Source: a virus | Taxonomy: Duplodnaviria > Caudoviricetes | Reading direction: 5' to 3' (one strand) | Virus record (IMG/VR): IMGVR_UViG_3300005512_000265 | Location: 1-27,612 of that record | Length of the DNA: 27,612 nt | Shown: piece by piece, positions 7,916 to 17,100 of the stretch | Layout of the letters: each line of letters opens with the position of its first letter | Numbering within the stretch: the stretch's first letter is position 1 | Made by a program: the position numbers and the translations under genes | The notes under the pieces: generated by a model | What the model was told of the DNA's origin: nothing | The model's input: the letters and a program-made list of their open reading frames with translations, nothing else | Databases searched by the model: none

Positions 7916-9832
7916 ATGGCTATTGAATACACTTCTCAGGAAGCTGGTTTAGTAAATAAAAAGGCAGAAGGTGGTGCGTATGTCAATGAGTCAGAAGCTG
8001 AATATGCAATTGCTCGTACTGCTGCAAATGATGCTGCTGAATCTGCGGCAGATGCTGAAGCAGCCCAATTAGCTGCAGAAGCAGCACAAGCGGCAGCTGA
8101 ACTTGCTGAAACAAATGCTGAAACTGCAGAAACAAACGCAGAAACTGCTGAGACTAATGCGGCCTCAAGTGCCACCTCAGCGGCTTCTAGTGCGTCTGCG
8201 GCATCTACATCAGCAACAAATGCGGCAACTAGCGAAACAAACGCCGCTACTAGTGAAACTAATGCAGCTACCTCAGAATCTAATGCAGCTACCAGTGAAA
8301 CTAATGCAGCTACTAGCGAAACAAATGCAGCAGCATCTGCTTTAGCAGCTTCTAGTTCAGCGACAGATGCAGCTACAGCTGAAACTGCAGCCGAAGCAGC
8401 TCAATTAGCCGCTGAAACTGCTGAAACAAATGCAGAGGCTAGTGCAACAGCAGCTGCTTTAAGCGAATCTAATGCAGCTACTTCAGAGTCCAATGCAGCT
8501 ACTTCAGAGTCTAATGCAGCTACCTCAGAATCCAATGCGGCTACAAGTGCTAGTAATGCTTCTGCATCAGCTACAGCAGCAGCAACTTCTGAAACTAATG
8601 CGGCTACATCTGAAACAAATGCAGCATCATCAGAAACATCTGCACTAGCAGCACAAACAGCCGCTGAGAGCGCAAGAGATGCAACGCTTGCGGCTTATGA
8701 TAGTTTTGATGATCGTTATTTAGGTGCTAAAGCATCTGATCCTTCTGTAGACAACGATGGTAATGCGTTAGTTGCAGGAGCATTATACTTTAATTCAACT
8801 GATGAAACAATGAAGTTGTACACTGGTACAAACTGGGTAGCAGCTTACGTATCAGCAGATGGAACACTTCTTGTTGCTAATAATTTATCAGATTTAAATA
8901 ATGTTTCTTCAGCGTTAATTAATTTAGGATTAAGCCCATCTGATGATGTAGAATTTAACTCAGTTCAATTATCAGGTGGAACAGGAACTCAAGGTACTTT
9001 ATCTTGGAATACTGATGAAGAAACATTAGATCTAATTCAAAATGGATCTACTCTTCAATTAGGCCAAGAAGTACAACTACATGTAACACTTCATGGTAGT
9101 GCTGCTAATATTAATAATGGTGAAGCTGTAGCTGCTGTAGGTTCAATAGGTGGTTCCGGTAAAATTCTTGTATGTAAAGCATCTTTATCTGAATATAATA
9201 CTTGTACAGGTGGCAGTTTTACAGAGATTCCTGCTAAGTATGTTATTGGTGTAGCTACTGAAGATATTACAAACAATGGTGCTGTAACTAGTTTTGGTAA
9301 AATTAATGATGTTCCCGGAGCAAGTTATACTCAAGGTTCAGTATATTATGTTGATACATCAACTGGTGGATTAACATTAACAGAACCTACATCAGGTCTT
9401 TTAATGCCTATTGCATTTGCCATTAACAGTGATACTTTAATGGTTAGAACAACACCTATTAATGAATTAGATATTTCAAAAGGTGTTGATGCTTATGCCT
9501 GGGGTGATCATTCATTAGTAGGATATGTAGATACAACTTCAACAAATGGATCAGCTGAAATTCCTGTAGGGACAGAAGCACAACGTGATGTATCTCCATC
9601 TGCAGGTTATTTTAGATTTAATACAGACACTACTCAGTTTGAAGGTTATAATGGAACAGAGTGGGGTGCTATAGCAGGTGGTGGATCATCTGTTATTTTA
9701 GAAAATGCTATTGTTATTAGTGAAGAATATTTGATTACTGATGGTTATAATGGAGTCAGTGGTGGTCCTGTAGTCGTAGAAACTGGAGGATCTGTTACAG
9801 TTCCTACTGGTAGTATTTGGACAATTATTTAA
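7916..9832 (+). CDS. Proximal tail fibre with Ala-rich heptad coiled-coil shaft
   Basis: ETNAATS-type heptads, then FDDRYLGAK...DNDGNALVAGALYFNS, ANNLSDLNN, RFNT...FEGYNGTEW and C-terminal SGGPVVV...GSIWTII modules. Confidence 0.85.
   Translation: MAIEYTSQEAGLVNKKAEGGAYVNESEAEYAIARTAANDAAESAADAEAAQLAAEAAQAAAELAETNAETAETNAETAETNAASSATSAASSASAASTSATNAATSETNAATSETNAATSESNAATSETNAATSETNAAASALAASSSATDAATAETAAEAAQLAAETAETNAEASATAAALSESNAATSESNAATSESNAATSESNAATSASNASASATAAATSETNAATSETNAASSETSALAAQTAAESARDATLAAYDSFDDRYLGAKASDPSVDNDGNALVAGALYFNSTDETMKLYTGTNWVAAYVSADGTLLVANNLSDLNNVSSALINLGLSPSDDVEFNSVQLSGGTGTQGTLSWNTDEETLDLIQNGSTLQLGQEVQLHVTLHGSAANINNGEAVAAVGSIGGSGKILVCKASLSEYNTCTGGSFTEIPAKYVIGVATEDITNNGAVTSFGKINDVPGASYTQGSVYYVDTSTGGLTLTEPTSGLLMPIAFAINSDTLMVRTTPINELDISKGVDAYAWGDHSLVGYVDTTSTNGSAEIPVGTEAQRDVSPSAGYFRFNTDTTQFEGYNGTEWGAIAGGGSSVILENAIVISEEYLITDGYNGVSGGPVVVETGGSVTVPTGSIWTII
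8101..8640 (+). repeat. Imperfect 21-bp tandem repeats encoding 7-aa heptads
   Basis: Near-identical copies AATGCAGCTACYTCAGARTCY at 8471-8533, with similar units at ~8220-8330 and ~8575-8640. Confidence 0.85.
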
Positions 9833-9840
9833 GGGTTAAT

Positions 9841-10347
9841 ATGAGTAAGTTTAAAATTCAAGGTAATGCTAGTGGCACTGGTACAGTGACCGTTACTGCT
9901 CCTAATACAAATACAGACTACACTATTACGCTTCCTGCTGACAATGGAAATCTTCTTTTAGATACTGCACTATCTTCTACAGTGCAACCATATGATGCAG
10001 ATACTGCAAAAACAGATGTAGCGCAAACATACACAGCTTCTCAAAGAGGTACTGTTGTACCAGATAATGATTTATCTTTTGATATGAATGCAGGTAATAA
10101 CTTTTCTTGTACTCCTGCTTCTACTGGTACAATTACTTTTACTAATATTACTGCAGGACAATCAGGTAATATTTATTTAGATAATTCTGCAGGAGTAGTT
10201 ATATCTGCTGCTGCAACTACTTACATGGATCCTGCTTCTTTAACAACTATTAATACTGCAGGTAAATATTGGTTGTCTTATTATTGTGCTGATGGAACAA
10301 ATGTTATTGTTTCAGCAACAGGGGCTACTACTTCAACGGGGGTATAA
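9841..10347 (+). CDS. Tail fibre connector-like protein (168 aa; start revised from 9817)
   Basis: MSKFKIQGNASGTGTVTVTAP... N-terminus typical of fibre subunits. ATG 9841 avoids overlap with the upstream gene. C-terminal beta domain. Confidence 0.7.
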   Translation: MSKFKIQGNASGTGTVTVTAPNTNTDYTITLPADNGNLLLDTALSSTVQPYDADTAKTDVAQTYTASQRGTVVPDNDLSFDMNAGNNFSCTPASTGTITFTNITAGQSGNIYLDNSAGVVISAAATTYMDPASLTTINTAGKYWLSYYCADGTNVIVSATGATTSTGV

Positions 10348-13300
10348 ATGGCTATTATTCAAGGAAATGCAGTTCCAAAAGGAGCTAGTGGTTTCTACCC
10401 CAAGACCATTGACCAGTCTTTGCGATTTGAAGATGGTGATAGTCCTTATCTGAGGTGGACTCCGGCTTCCGCAGGAGATAGGCGGTTATTCACACTAAGT
10501 TGTTGGGTTAAGCGTGGAAACATCGGTTTAGGTTCTGGAGATAATGGCGGAATTTTTGTAAACGCTAGAAATGGTGATTTTCACACTGATCTTAGTTTTG
10601 ATCCAAGTGATAGATTAAAATTTAGACACCAGATTGATACAGGTAACTGGCTAACTATATCAACACAGAAGTTTAGAGATACTTCTTCTTGGTATCACAT
10701 TGTACTTGTGTATGACTCAGCCAATGCCACAGCCTCTAACCGTGTAAAAATGTATGTCAACGGGGTACAAATTACCGCATTTGACACTGCTGAGTATATT
10801 GATCAGAACCGTGAGTCTTTCTGGAACACTGGTGGCTCATATCCAATGGATATTGGCGGTATGGGAACTGCTTATAGTTTTGATGGCTACCTAGCCGAAG
10901 TCCACTTCACAGACGGTACAGCCTACGATGCCGATGACTTTGGTGAACTGAAGTCAGGTATCTGGGTTCCGAAAGCTGATATCTCTACAACAGTCACCTA
11001 CGGCACAAACGGATTCTACCTAGACTTTGCAGACAGTGCGGCTATCGGTGATGATGAGTCTGGCAACACAAATGACTGGACAGTCAACAACCTAGTTGCA
11101 AGTGATGTAGTCCCTGACTCGCCTACGAATAACTTTGCGGTGTTGAATAATCTTGCTGTCGGAGGGAATTTTTCTGAAGGTAATCTTAAACATCATTCAG
11201 CTACATCTGTTTATCGTAATGCATTAAGTACACTTGGCGTATCTTCTGGCAAATGGTACGCAGAGTTTTACGTTAATCAGCGTACTTATGAAACACGAGT
11301 AATGACTGGTGTAGCATTAGTTGATAAACACAGCTATACAACACAACTAGGGGCAGACGATTACTCTTGGGGTTTACTATACAGTTACACAAATTCTGTT
11401 ATTTATAAAATACACAATGGAGTTGACACGCCTTTAACAAGCACTGGCGATCTAAATGTTGGCGATGTTGTGATGGTTGCCCTAGATTTAGACAACAATA
11501 AGTTATGGTTCGGTGAAAATGGAACTTGGCTAGATTCTGGTGATCCGGCTGGCAATTCAAATGAAATTTTTACAATAGATTCAGGAACTTATGTCATCGG
11601 CAATGCTAACTACGATGAAGGGACACAAACAGCCAACTTCGGCCAAGACTCCACATTCGCAGGTAACACCACAGCAGGTGGCAACTCTGACGCTAACGGC
11701 ATCGGAGACTTCAAGTACGCACCGCCATCGGGTTATCTAGCACTCTGCACATCCAACCTACCAGACCCTGCTATTGACCCTGCACAGGAAGCCACAGCAG
11801 ACCAATACTTCAACGTCTACACCTACACAGGTAACGGTGCATCGCAGTTGATTGGCGATGTGGTGCGGGAGATTCCTGATACTTATCCGATCAGCCAGAG
11901 CTTGCGGTTTGAGGATGGGGACAGTGCTTATCTGAATAAGACACTTGGCTCCGGTGATTCAACTGAATGGACTTGGAGTGCTTGGGTTAAGCGTGGGAAT
12001 CTTGGTACTCAGTGGATATACGTTGCAGGGCCAAATTCTGGAACTAATATTAGCGCAATCAATTTTAATTCTACTGACACATTAAGAGTATACAATAAAG
12101 GTGCTTATTTTACTACAACTGCCACTTTTAAAGATCCATCTGCGTGGTATCACATTGTAGTGGAATTTGACTCTGATAACGCAACAAATGCAGACAGAGT
12201 TAAAATCTACGTTAATGGTGTCAGGCAAGACGGCACAATGACAGGCACAATGGCGGCGTCACATATCAATGATGCTCAACCTCATTATCTTGGGTATTAC
12301 CCATTTGTTGCAGGTTACTATGACGGCTACATGGCTGAAGTCCACTTTACCGATGGCACAGCCTACGATGCAGACACATTCGGTGTGTTTGACGCTGACG
12401 GTCTGTGGCGGCCTATTGAGCCAACAGTCACCTATGGAACCAACGGCTTCCACTTAGACTTTGCTGACTCAGCAGACATCGGTGACGACAACTCAGGCAA
12501 CACAAACGACTTCACGGTCAATAACCTTGTGGCCTCTGACGTTGTTATCGATACTCCTACGAACTCATTCGCAACATTTGATTCATCTTCTTTACAAGGC
12601 GGAGCAGTCACACTTTCCGAAGGCAATAGTTACTATTACAAATCTACCACTGGTTGGGCAGGAGCAAGACAGCTAGTAAGCACTGCCCTGCCGTCAACAG
12701 GAAAATGGTATTACGAACTTATTGTCGTTGGCGGGTCGTCACCAACAACATTTGTTGGCTTAGCTACTAGGGATGCCCCAACAACTTATGCCGCTAATAG
12801 CGAAAGCTATATGTTTTATTCGCAAAATGGCAATTATTACTCATCCAGTACAAACGCCTCATACGGTACGTCTTGGGGTAATGCAGGGAACAGAGTCATT
12901 GGAATTGCATATGATGCTGATAATGCAACCCTTGAGTTCTTCATAAACAATTCAAGTCAAGGAACTGTTAGCGTTAGCGGAGGACATACAGGAAAACTGT
13001 ATCCTGTTGTTTATGCGTACACTAGCACTGAGCAGGGTTTTCTTAATTTTGGGCAAGACGGCACGGGAGCAGGGACTTATACTGGATCACAAGATTTTGC
13101 CAACTACGAAGGTGCGACAGATGGCAACGGTGAAGGCGAGTTTTTCTACGCACCGCCTACTGGCTTCTTGGCACTCTGTGAAAACAACCTCATCCAGTAC
13201 GATGATAACCCACTAGAAAGCCCTGACTTTGTGTGGATTAAAACTAGAAGTGCGATAGTAGACCATCGTATTTTCGATTCAGTGCGAGGTGTTAATAATT

Positions 13301-14172
13301 CAATTAGATCGAATACAACTAGCGCAGAAGCAACAGAATATAATTCGTTGACTAGCTTCAACAAAAACGGATTTACTATCGGGGACCACGCAAGCGTCAA
13401 TACTTCTGGGTCAACGTATGTAGGTTGGAACTGGAAAGCCGGTAGCACTGCATCAACCATAGCGGTTGGCGCATATTCAACCGGCCCAGATGTTCCTTCA
13501 ATAGCATCCACAGTGTCTGCGAATACCGATGCAGGGTTTAGTATTGTTTCGTATACAGGTAACGGCACAGCAGGAGCTACTGTAGGTCACGGACTTGATA
13601 GTGCGCCTGAGTTGATTATTGGAAAAAGCCGTGATAGTTCGACTAGTTGGCAGGTTTATCATGAAGCCACAGGCGCAACAAAATTGTTGACATTAAACCT
13701 CGCAGATGGGGCGGCAACAAATAGCACTGCTTGGAACAACACAGAGCCAACATCTACTGTGTTTACACTAGGCACTGGCACAAGAATGAACGCTTCTGGT
13801 GATGACAATATTGCCTACTGCTTCCACAGCGTTGACGGATACAGCAAGGTAGGTGGATACACCGGCAATAATCTTCTTGATGGCCCGTTTGTGTACACAG
13901 GTTTCAGGCCGAAATGGGTTATGTTTAAAAATGCAGGTATTGCAGGTGATAATTGGGATATCAGGGATGCTGAAAGAAGTCCGTTTAACGATGTAGATGA
14001 TCGCATATACGCAAGCCTAGACAGTGCTGAAGGCGTAGATAGCGCAGCAGATGTAGACTTCTTGTCCAACGGCTTCAAGATTAGAACCAATGCAGATGCT
14101 CTTAACGAAAGTTCAACCTACATCTACTTAGCTTTCGCAGAACAACCATTCAAGTATTCAAACGCAAGGTAA
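10348..14172 (+). CDS. Large receptor-binding/tail protein with two (ConA/LamG-like + SPRY-like) units and a C-terminal beta-repeat domain
   Basis: Duplicated SLRFEDGDS, WVKRGN, WYHIV, DGY.AEVHFTDG, YGTNGF.LDF, GKWY.E, NFGQD, PP.G.LALC..NL motifs. C-terminal PDFVWIKTR, GFSIVSYTGNG, GFRPKWVMFK, YIYLAFAEQPFKYSNAR. Confidence 0.85.
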   Translation: MAIIQGNAVPKGASGFYPKTIDQSLRFEDGDSPYLRWTPASAGDRRLFTLSCWVKRGNIGLGSGDNGGIFVNARNGDFHTDLSFDPSDRLKFRHQIDTGNWLTISTQKFRDTSSWYHIVLVYDSANATASNRVKMYVNGVQITAFDTAEYIDQNRESFWNTGGSYPMDIGGMGTAYSFDGYLAEVHFTDGTAYDADDFGELKSGIWVPKADISTTVTYGTNGFYLDFADSAAIGDDESGNTNDWTVNNLVASDVVPDSPTNNFAVLNNLAVGGNFSEGNLKHHSATSVYRNALSTLGVSSGKWYAEFYVNQRTYETRVMTGVALVDKHSYTTQLGADDYSWGLLYSYTNSVIYKIHNGVDTPLTSTGDLNVGDVVMVALDLDNNKLWFGENGTWLDSGDPAGNSNEIFTIDSGTYVIGNANYDEGTQTANFGQDSTFAGNTTAGGNSDANGIGDFKYAPPSGYLALCTSNLPDPAIDPAQEATADQYFNVYTYTGNGASQLIGDVVREIPDTYPISQSLRFEDGDSAYLNKTLGSGDSTEWTWSAWVKRGNLGTQWIYVAGPNSGTNISAINFNSTDTLRVYNKGAYFTTTATFKDPSAWYHIVVEFDSDNATNADRVKIYVNGVRQDGTMTGTMAASHINDAQPHYLGYYPFVAGYYDGYMAEVHFTDGTAYDADTFGVFDADGLWRPIEPTVTYGTNGFHLDFADSADIGDDNSGNTNDFTVNNLVASDVVIDTPTNSFATFDSSSLQGGAVTLSEGNSYYYKSTTGWAGARQLVSTALPSTGKWYYELIVVGGSSPTTFVGLATRDAPTTYAANSESYMFYSQNGNYYSSSTNASYGTSWGNAGNRVIGIAYDADNATLEFFINNSSQGTVSVSGGHTGKLYPVVYAYTSTEQGFLNFGQDGTGAGTYTGSQDFANYEGATDGNGEGEFFYAPPTGFLALCENNLIQYDDNPLESPDFVWIKTRSAIVDHRIFDSVRGVNNSIRSNTTSAEATEYNSLTSFNKNGFTIGDHASVNTSGSTYVGWNWKAGSTASTIAVGAYSTGPDVPSIASTVSANTDAGFSIVSYTGNGTAGATVGHGLDSAPELIIGKSRDSSTSWQVYHEATGATKLLTLNLADGAATNSTAWNNTEPTSTVFTLGTGTRMNASGDDNIAYCFHSVDGYSKVGGYTGNNLLDGPFVYTGFRPKWVMFKNAGIAGDNWDIRDAERSPFNDVDDRIYASLDSAEGVDSAADVDFLSNGFKIRTNADALNESSTYIYLAFAEQPFKYSNAR

Positions 14173-14203
14173 TAACCTAATGTTTTATAGGAGATATTAA
14201 TTT

Positions 14204-14755
14204 ATGTGGACTTACCAAGGTAAAGCCATTAAGATCGGAAGATCATGGACTGATGCCAATGGAGTCCAGCATCCTGTTCAATGGAATAAATGGAGTGAAG
14301 AGGAGAAAGTTGCTAAGGGGTTGGTTTGGAACCAATCCCTGCAGCCTATTCCTTTTGACAATAGATTTTATTGGAGTGCTGGGAATCCTAAAGCATTAGA
14401 AGATATTCCTGAAGTAGATGAAGAAAGTAACCCCGTATTAGATACAGATGGGAACCAAATCATTACTAAAGGTCTTAAGTCTATTGCTATTGCTCAAACT
14501 AAAACAACAGCAGGATCACTTTTAACACCTACTGATTGGTATGTAGTTCGTAAATCTGAAACAGATACAGCTATTCCTGCAGATATAATTACATATCGAG
14601 CAGCTGTTCGTACTGCTTCAGAAACTATTGAAACAGCAATTACAAATGCAAATACTTTAGAAGAGTTTATAAATCTTTATAATACTCCAGTAGATGCTGA
14701 AGGTAATATAACAGGTAAAGCACCTATACATAATTGGCCAGAGCCTTTGGAGTAA
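14204..14755 (+). CDS. Tail fibre-associated/assembly chaperone-like protein
   Basis: LLTPTDWYVVRKSE...YRAAVRT...WP resembles the tail assembly chaperone fold also seen at 25167. AGGAG RBS. Confidence 0.65.
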   Translation: MWTYQGKAIKIGRSWTDANGVQHPVQWNKWSEEEKVAKGLVWNQSLQPIPFDNRFYWSAGNPKALEDIPEVDEESNPVLDTDGNQIITKGLKSIAIAQTKTTAGSLLTPTDWYVVRKSETDTAIPADIITYRAAVRTASETIETAITNANTLEEFINLYNTPVDAEGNITGKAPIHNWPEPLE

Positions 14756-14758
14756 CCT

Positions 14759-14998
14759 ATGAGTGGACAAATTAGAGTCGATATCATTACTAATGAAGAC
14801 GGCACTAATGGGCCAACTATAGGCTCTACTGGTGCTTTAACATTACCTTCAGGAACAACAGCTGAACAACCAACACCAGTAGCAGGAATGATTCGATTTA
14901 ATACAGAAACAGGTAGTATTGAAGTGTATAATGGTACTGCTTGGGGTGCTGTTGCTGGATCTGGTGGTGTATCAGAATTTTTATTAATAGGAGCTTAA
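14759..14998 (+). CDS. Small fibre connector protein (79 aa)
   Basis: LTLPSGTTAEQP...GMIRFNTETGSIEVYNGTAW is homologous to a module near the C-terminus of 7916-9832. Ends FLLIGA. Confidence 0.7.
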   Translation: MSGQIRVDIITNEDGTNGPTIGSTGALTLPSGTTAEQPTPVAGMIRFNTETGSIEVYNGTAWGAVAGSGGVSEFLLIGA

Positions 14999-14999
14999 G

Positions 15000-15329
15000 A
15001 TGGCAACAACTTATAAAGTTCTTGGACAATCGGCTCCAAGCGCAACAACAGCAACCGATGTATACACTGTACCTGTTTCAACTGAGGCAGTAGTATCAAC
15101 AATCTTTATATGTAATCGTGGTTCTACAGCAGCTACATACCGCATTTCAGTACGACCTAACGGTGCGACACAGGCAGATCAACACTATTTAGCATACGAT
15201 GCTGTAATTCTTGGTAATGATTCTGTAGCGATTACAGTTGGTACGACAATGGATGCAGCAGACGTTATTACTGTGTACGCAAGCACAGCTAACCTCTCGT
15301 TTAATGTATTCGGATCGGAGCTTAGTTAA
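15000..15329 (+). CDS. Small beta-sandwich virion protein (109 aa)
   Basis: MATTYKVLGQSAP...ICNRG...LSFNVFGSELS. AGGAG RBS. TAATG coupling to the next gene. Confidence 0.75.
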   Translation: MATTYKVLGQSAPSATTATDVYTVPVSTEAVVSTIFICNRGSTAATYRISVRPNGATQADQHYLAYDAVILGNDSVAITVGTTMDAADVITVYASTANLSFNVFGSELS

Positions 15330-16231
15330 TGTCTATATCACGACTTGTACCTGATCTTTACTTAGAGTCAGGTGTTTCTACAATGCCTATGGCTTCTGGT
15401 GGAACTGAGGTTACATCAGGTGGATACAAGTACCACACGTTTACTAGCACAGCTGACTTCATTGTAACTAGAGCAGGCTTGTTTGAAATCCTTGCTGTTG
15501 GCGCAGGCGGAGCAGGTGGTTCAAACCTAAGCTCTGGCCGTGGTGGAGGTGGGGGTGCAGGGCAAGCACTTAATGAAACAATTTATTTAAGCGCAGGCAC
15601 TCACACAGTAACGATTGGTGCAGGTGGTGTTCACGATGTTTCAACAAACAGTGATAGCCCTTTTGGAAACAACACCACTATTGGAACCTTAGTTTCACTA
15701 GGTGGTGGAGCAGGACAAAACCGTCCGGGTGCTACATCACTTGCAGGTAGAGCAGGCGCAGGAGCTTGTGGTGGAGGCGGTGCTACATCAGCCGCATATG
15801 AAACCTACGGCGGCTATGGGTTCTTTGGCTACAACGGTGGAGAAGGCGTAGCAGGTAACGCTGAATACTCTGCCGGAGGCGGCGGAGGCGGAATGGGTTC
15901 CGCAGGTGCTAATGGACAGTCAGAAGGTAGCCGTATTGGTGGTGATGGTGGAGATGGTATTTCCACTTATGACACTTGGTTATCAGCTACATCTACAGGC
16001 GTTGATGAGTCAGGTACACGTTACATTTGTGGCGGAGGTGGTGGTGCAGGCCATGTCCAAGCCGGAGATGGTGGCTTAGGCGGAGGTGGTGACGGTACTA
16101 ATGATTCAGGGACTCCAACCGCAGGGACTGCCAACACTGGATCAGGCGGCGGTGGAGCAGGTTCTACCTCAACATCAAACGCAGGCGCAAGTGGCGGTTC
16201 CGGTTTAGTAATAATAAGGTACGCAGTATGA
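15329..16231 (+). CDS. Glycine-rich domain tail protein 1
   Basis: GGT...YKYHTFT...ILAVGAGGAGG...ANTGSGGGG...GGSGLVIIRY architecture. Confidence 0.85.
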   Translation: MSISRLVPDLYLESGVSTMPMASGGTEVTSGGYKYHTFTSTADFIVTRAGLFEILAVGAGGAGGSNLSSGRGGGGGAGQALNETIYLSAGTHTVTIGAGGVHDVSTNSDSPFGNNTTIGTLVSLGGGAGQNRPGATSLAGRAGAGACGGGGATSAAYETYGGYGFFGYNGGEGVAGNAEYSAGGGGGGMGSAGANGQSEGSRIGGDGGDGISTYDTWLSATSTGVDESGTRYICGGGGGAGHVQAGDGGLGGGGDGTNDSGTPTAGTANTGSGGGGAGSTSTSNAGASGGSGLVIIRYAV

Positions 16232-17100
16232 GTATTTCTAATCTAACTCAAGCACCCGGCCCCGGTTTTGCTGAAGCCTCTGGCGGTACTGAAGTAATTT
16301 CTGGTGATTACAAAATTCATACATTTAATTCTTCCGGTACATTTACTGTAACTAAAGCCGGTTTATTTGAATACGTCATCGTAGGTGGTGGTGGAGGCGG
16401 TGGAGGTTCTACCGTAGGATCTGGTGGTGGTGCAGGAGGCTATCGTTCTTCTGTTCCCGGAGAAAATTCTGGCGCATTATCTGACCCTGAACCTGCTGTT
16501 TATCTAGCCGCAGGCAATTACACAATTACTATTGGTAATGGTGGAGCAGGAACTAATACTGGATCTACTTTAGCAACACAAGGCGGGACTACATCGTTTG
16601 GAAACATTTCTGTAGATGGCGGTGGTGCAGGTCATTCTTATGCAAACGGTAACGGTGGCAACGGCGGTTGTGGCGGTGGTGCATCAGCCTATAACAGTGG
16701 CTCTTTTGATGGCGGTATAGGCACATTTCAACACGGATTTGATGGTGGCGATGCTCAAGCTAACGGTGGTTATAACTACTCTCAAGCAGGCGGAGGCGGA
16801 GCAGGAGAAGTAGGCACCAGTGTTACCGGAGCAGGTACTAAAGGTGGTGATGGTGGAGATGGTATTCAGTCATCTATTACTGGTACAGCCACATACTACG
16901 CAGGTGGTGGCGGAGGTGCAGGCTACTTTGGTCAACAAGTTGGACTTGGAGGCCAAGGAGGCGGAGGAGACGGTGGAAACGATAGTGCTACCGCAGGAGA
17001 TAATGGTACAGCTAACACTGGCGGTGGCGGTGGTGGTGGCTATGGAGCTACTGGCGGTCAAGGCGGCTCAGGCGTTGTAATCATAAGGTATTTAATATAA
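16228..17100 (+). CDS. Glycine-rich domain tail protein 2
   Basis: Paralogue of 15329 (YKIHTF, ANTGGGGGG, GGSGVVIIRY). ATGA overlap. Confidence 0.85.
   Translation: MSISNLTQAPGPGFAEASGGTEVISGDYKIHTFNSSGTFTVTKAGLFEYVIVGGGGGGGGSTVGSGGGAGGYRSSVPGENSGALSDPEPAVYLAAGNYTITIGNGGAGTNTGSTLATQGGTTSFGNISVDGGGAGHSYANGNGGNGGCGGGASAYNSGSFDGGIGTFQHGFDGGDAQANGGYNYSQAGGGGAGEVGTSVTGAGTKGGDGGDGIQSSITGTATYYAGGGGGAGYFGQQVGLGGQGGGGDGGNDSATAGDNGTANTGGGGGGGYGATGGQGGSGVVIIRYLI

Noticed and set aside
8101-8640. Repeat array as CRISPR
   Set aside because: In-frame degenerate coding repeats without unique spacers, and no cas genes.
11857-13212. Intein or intron as the explanation for the insertion
   Set aside because: No splice-junction or endonuclease motifs. 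The insert is a paralogue of the upstream unit.
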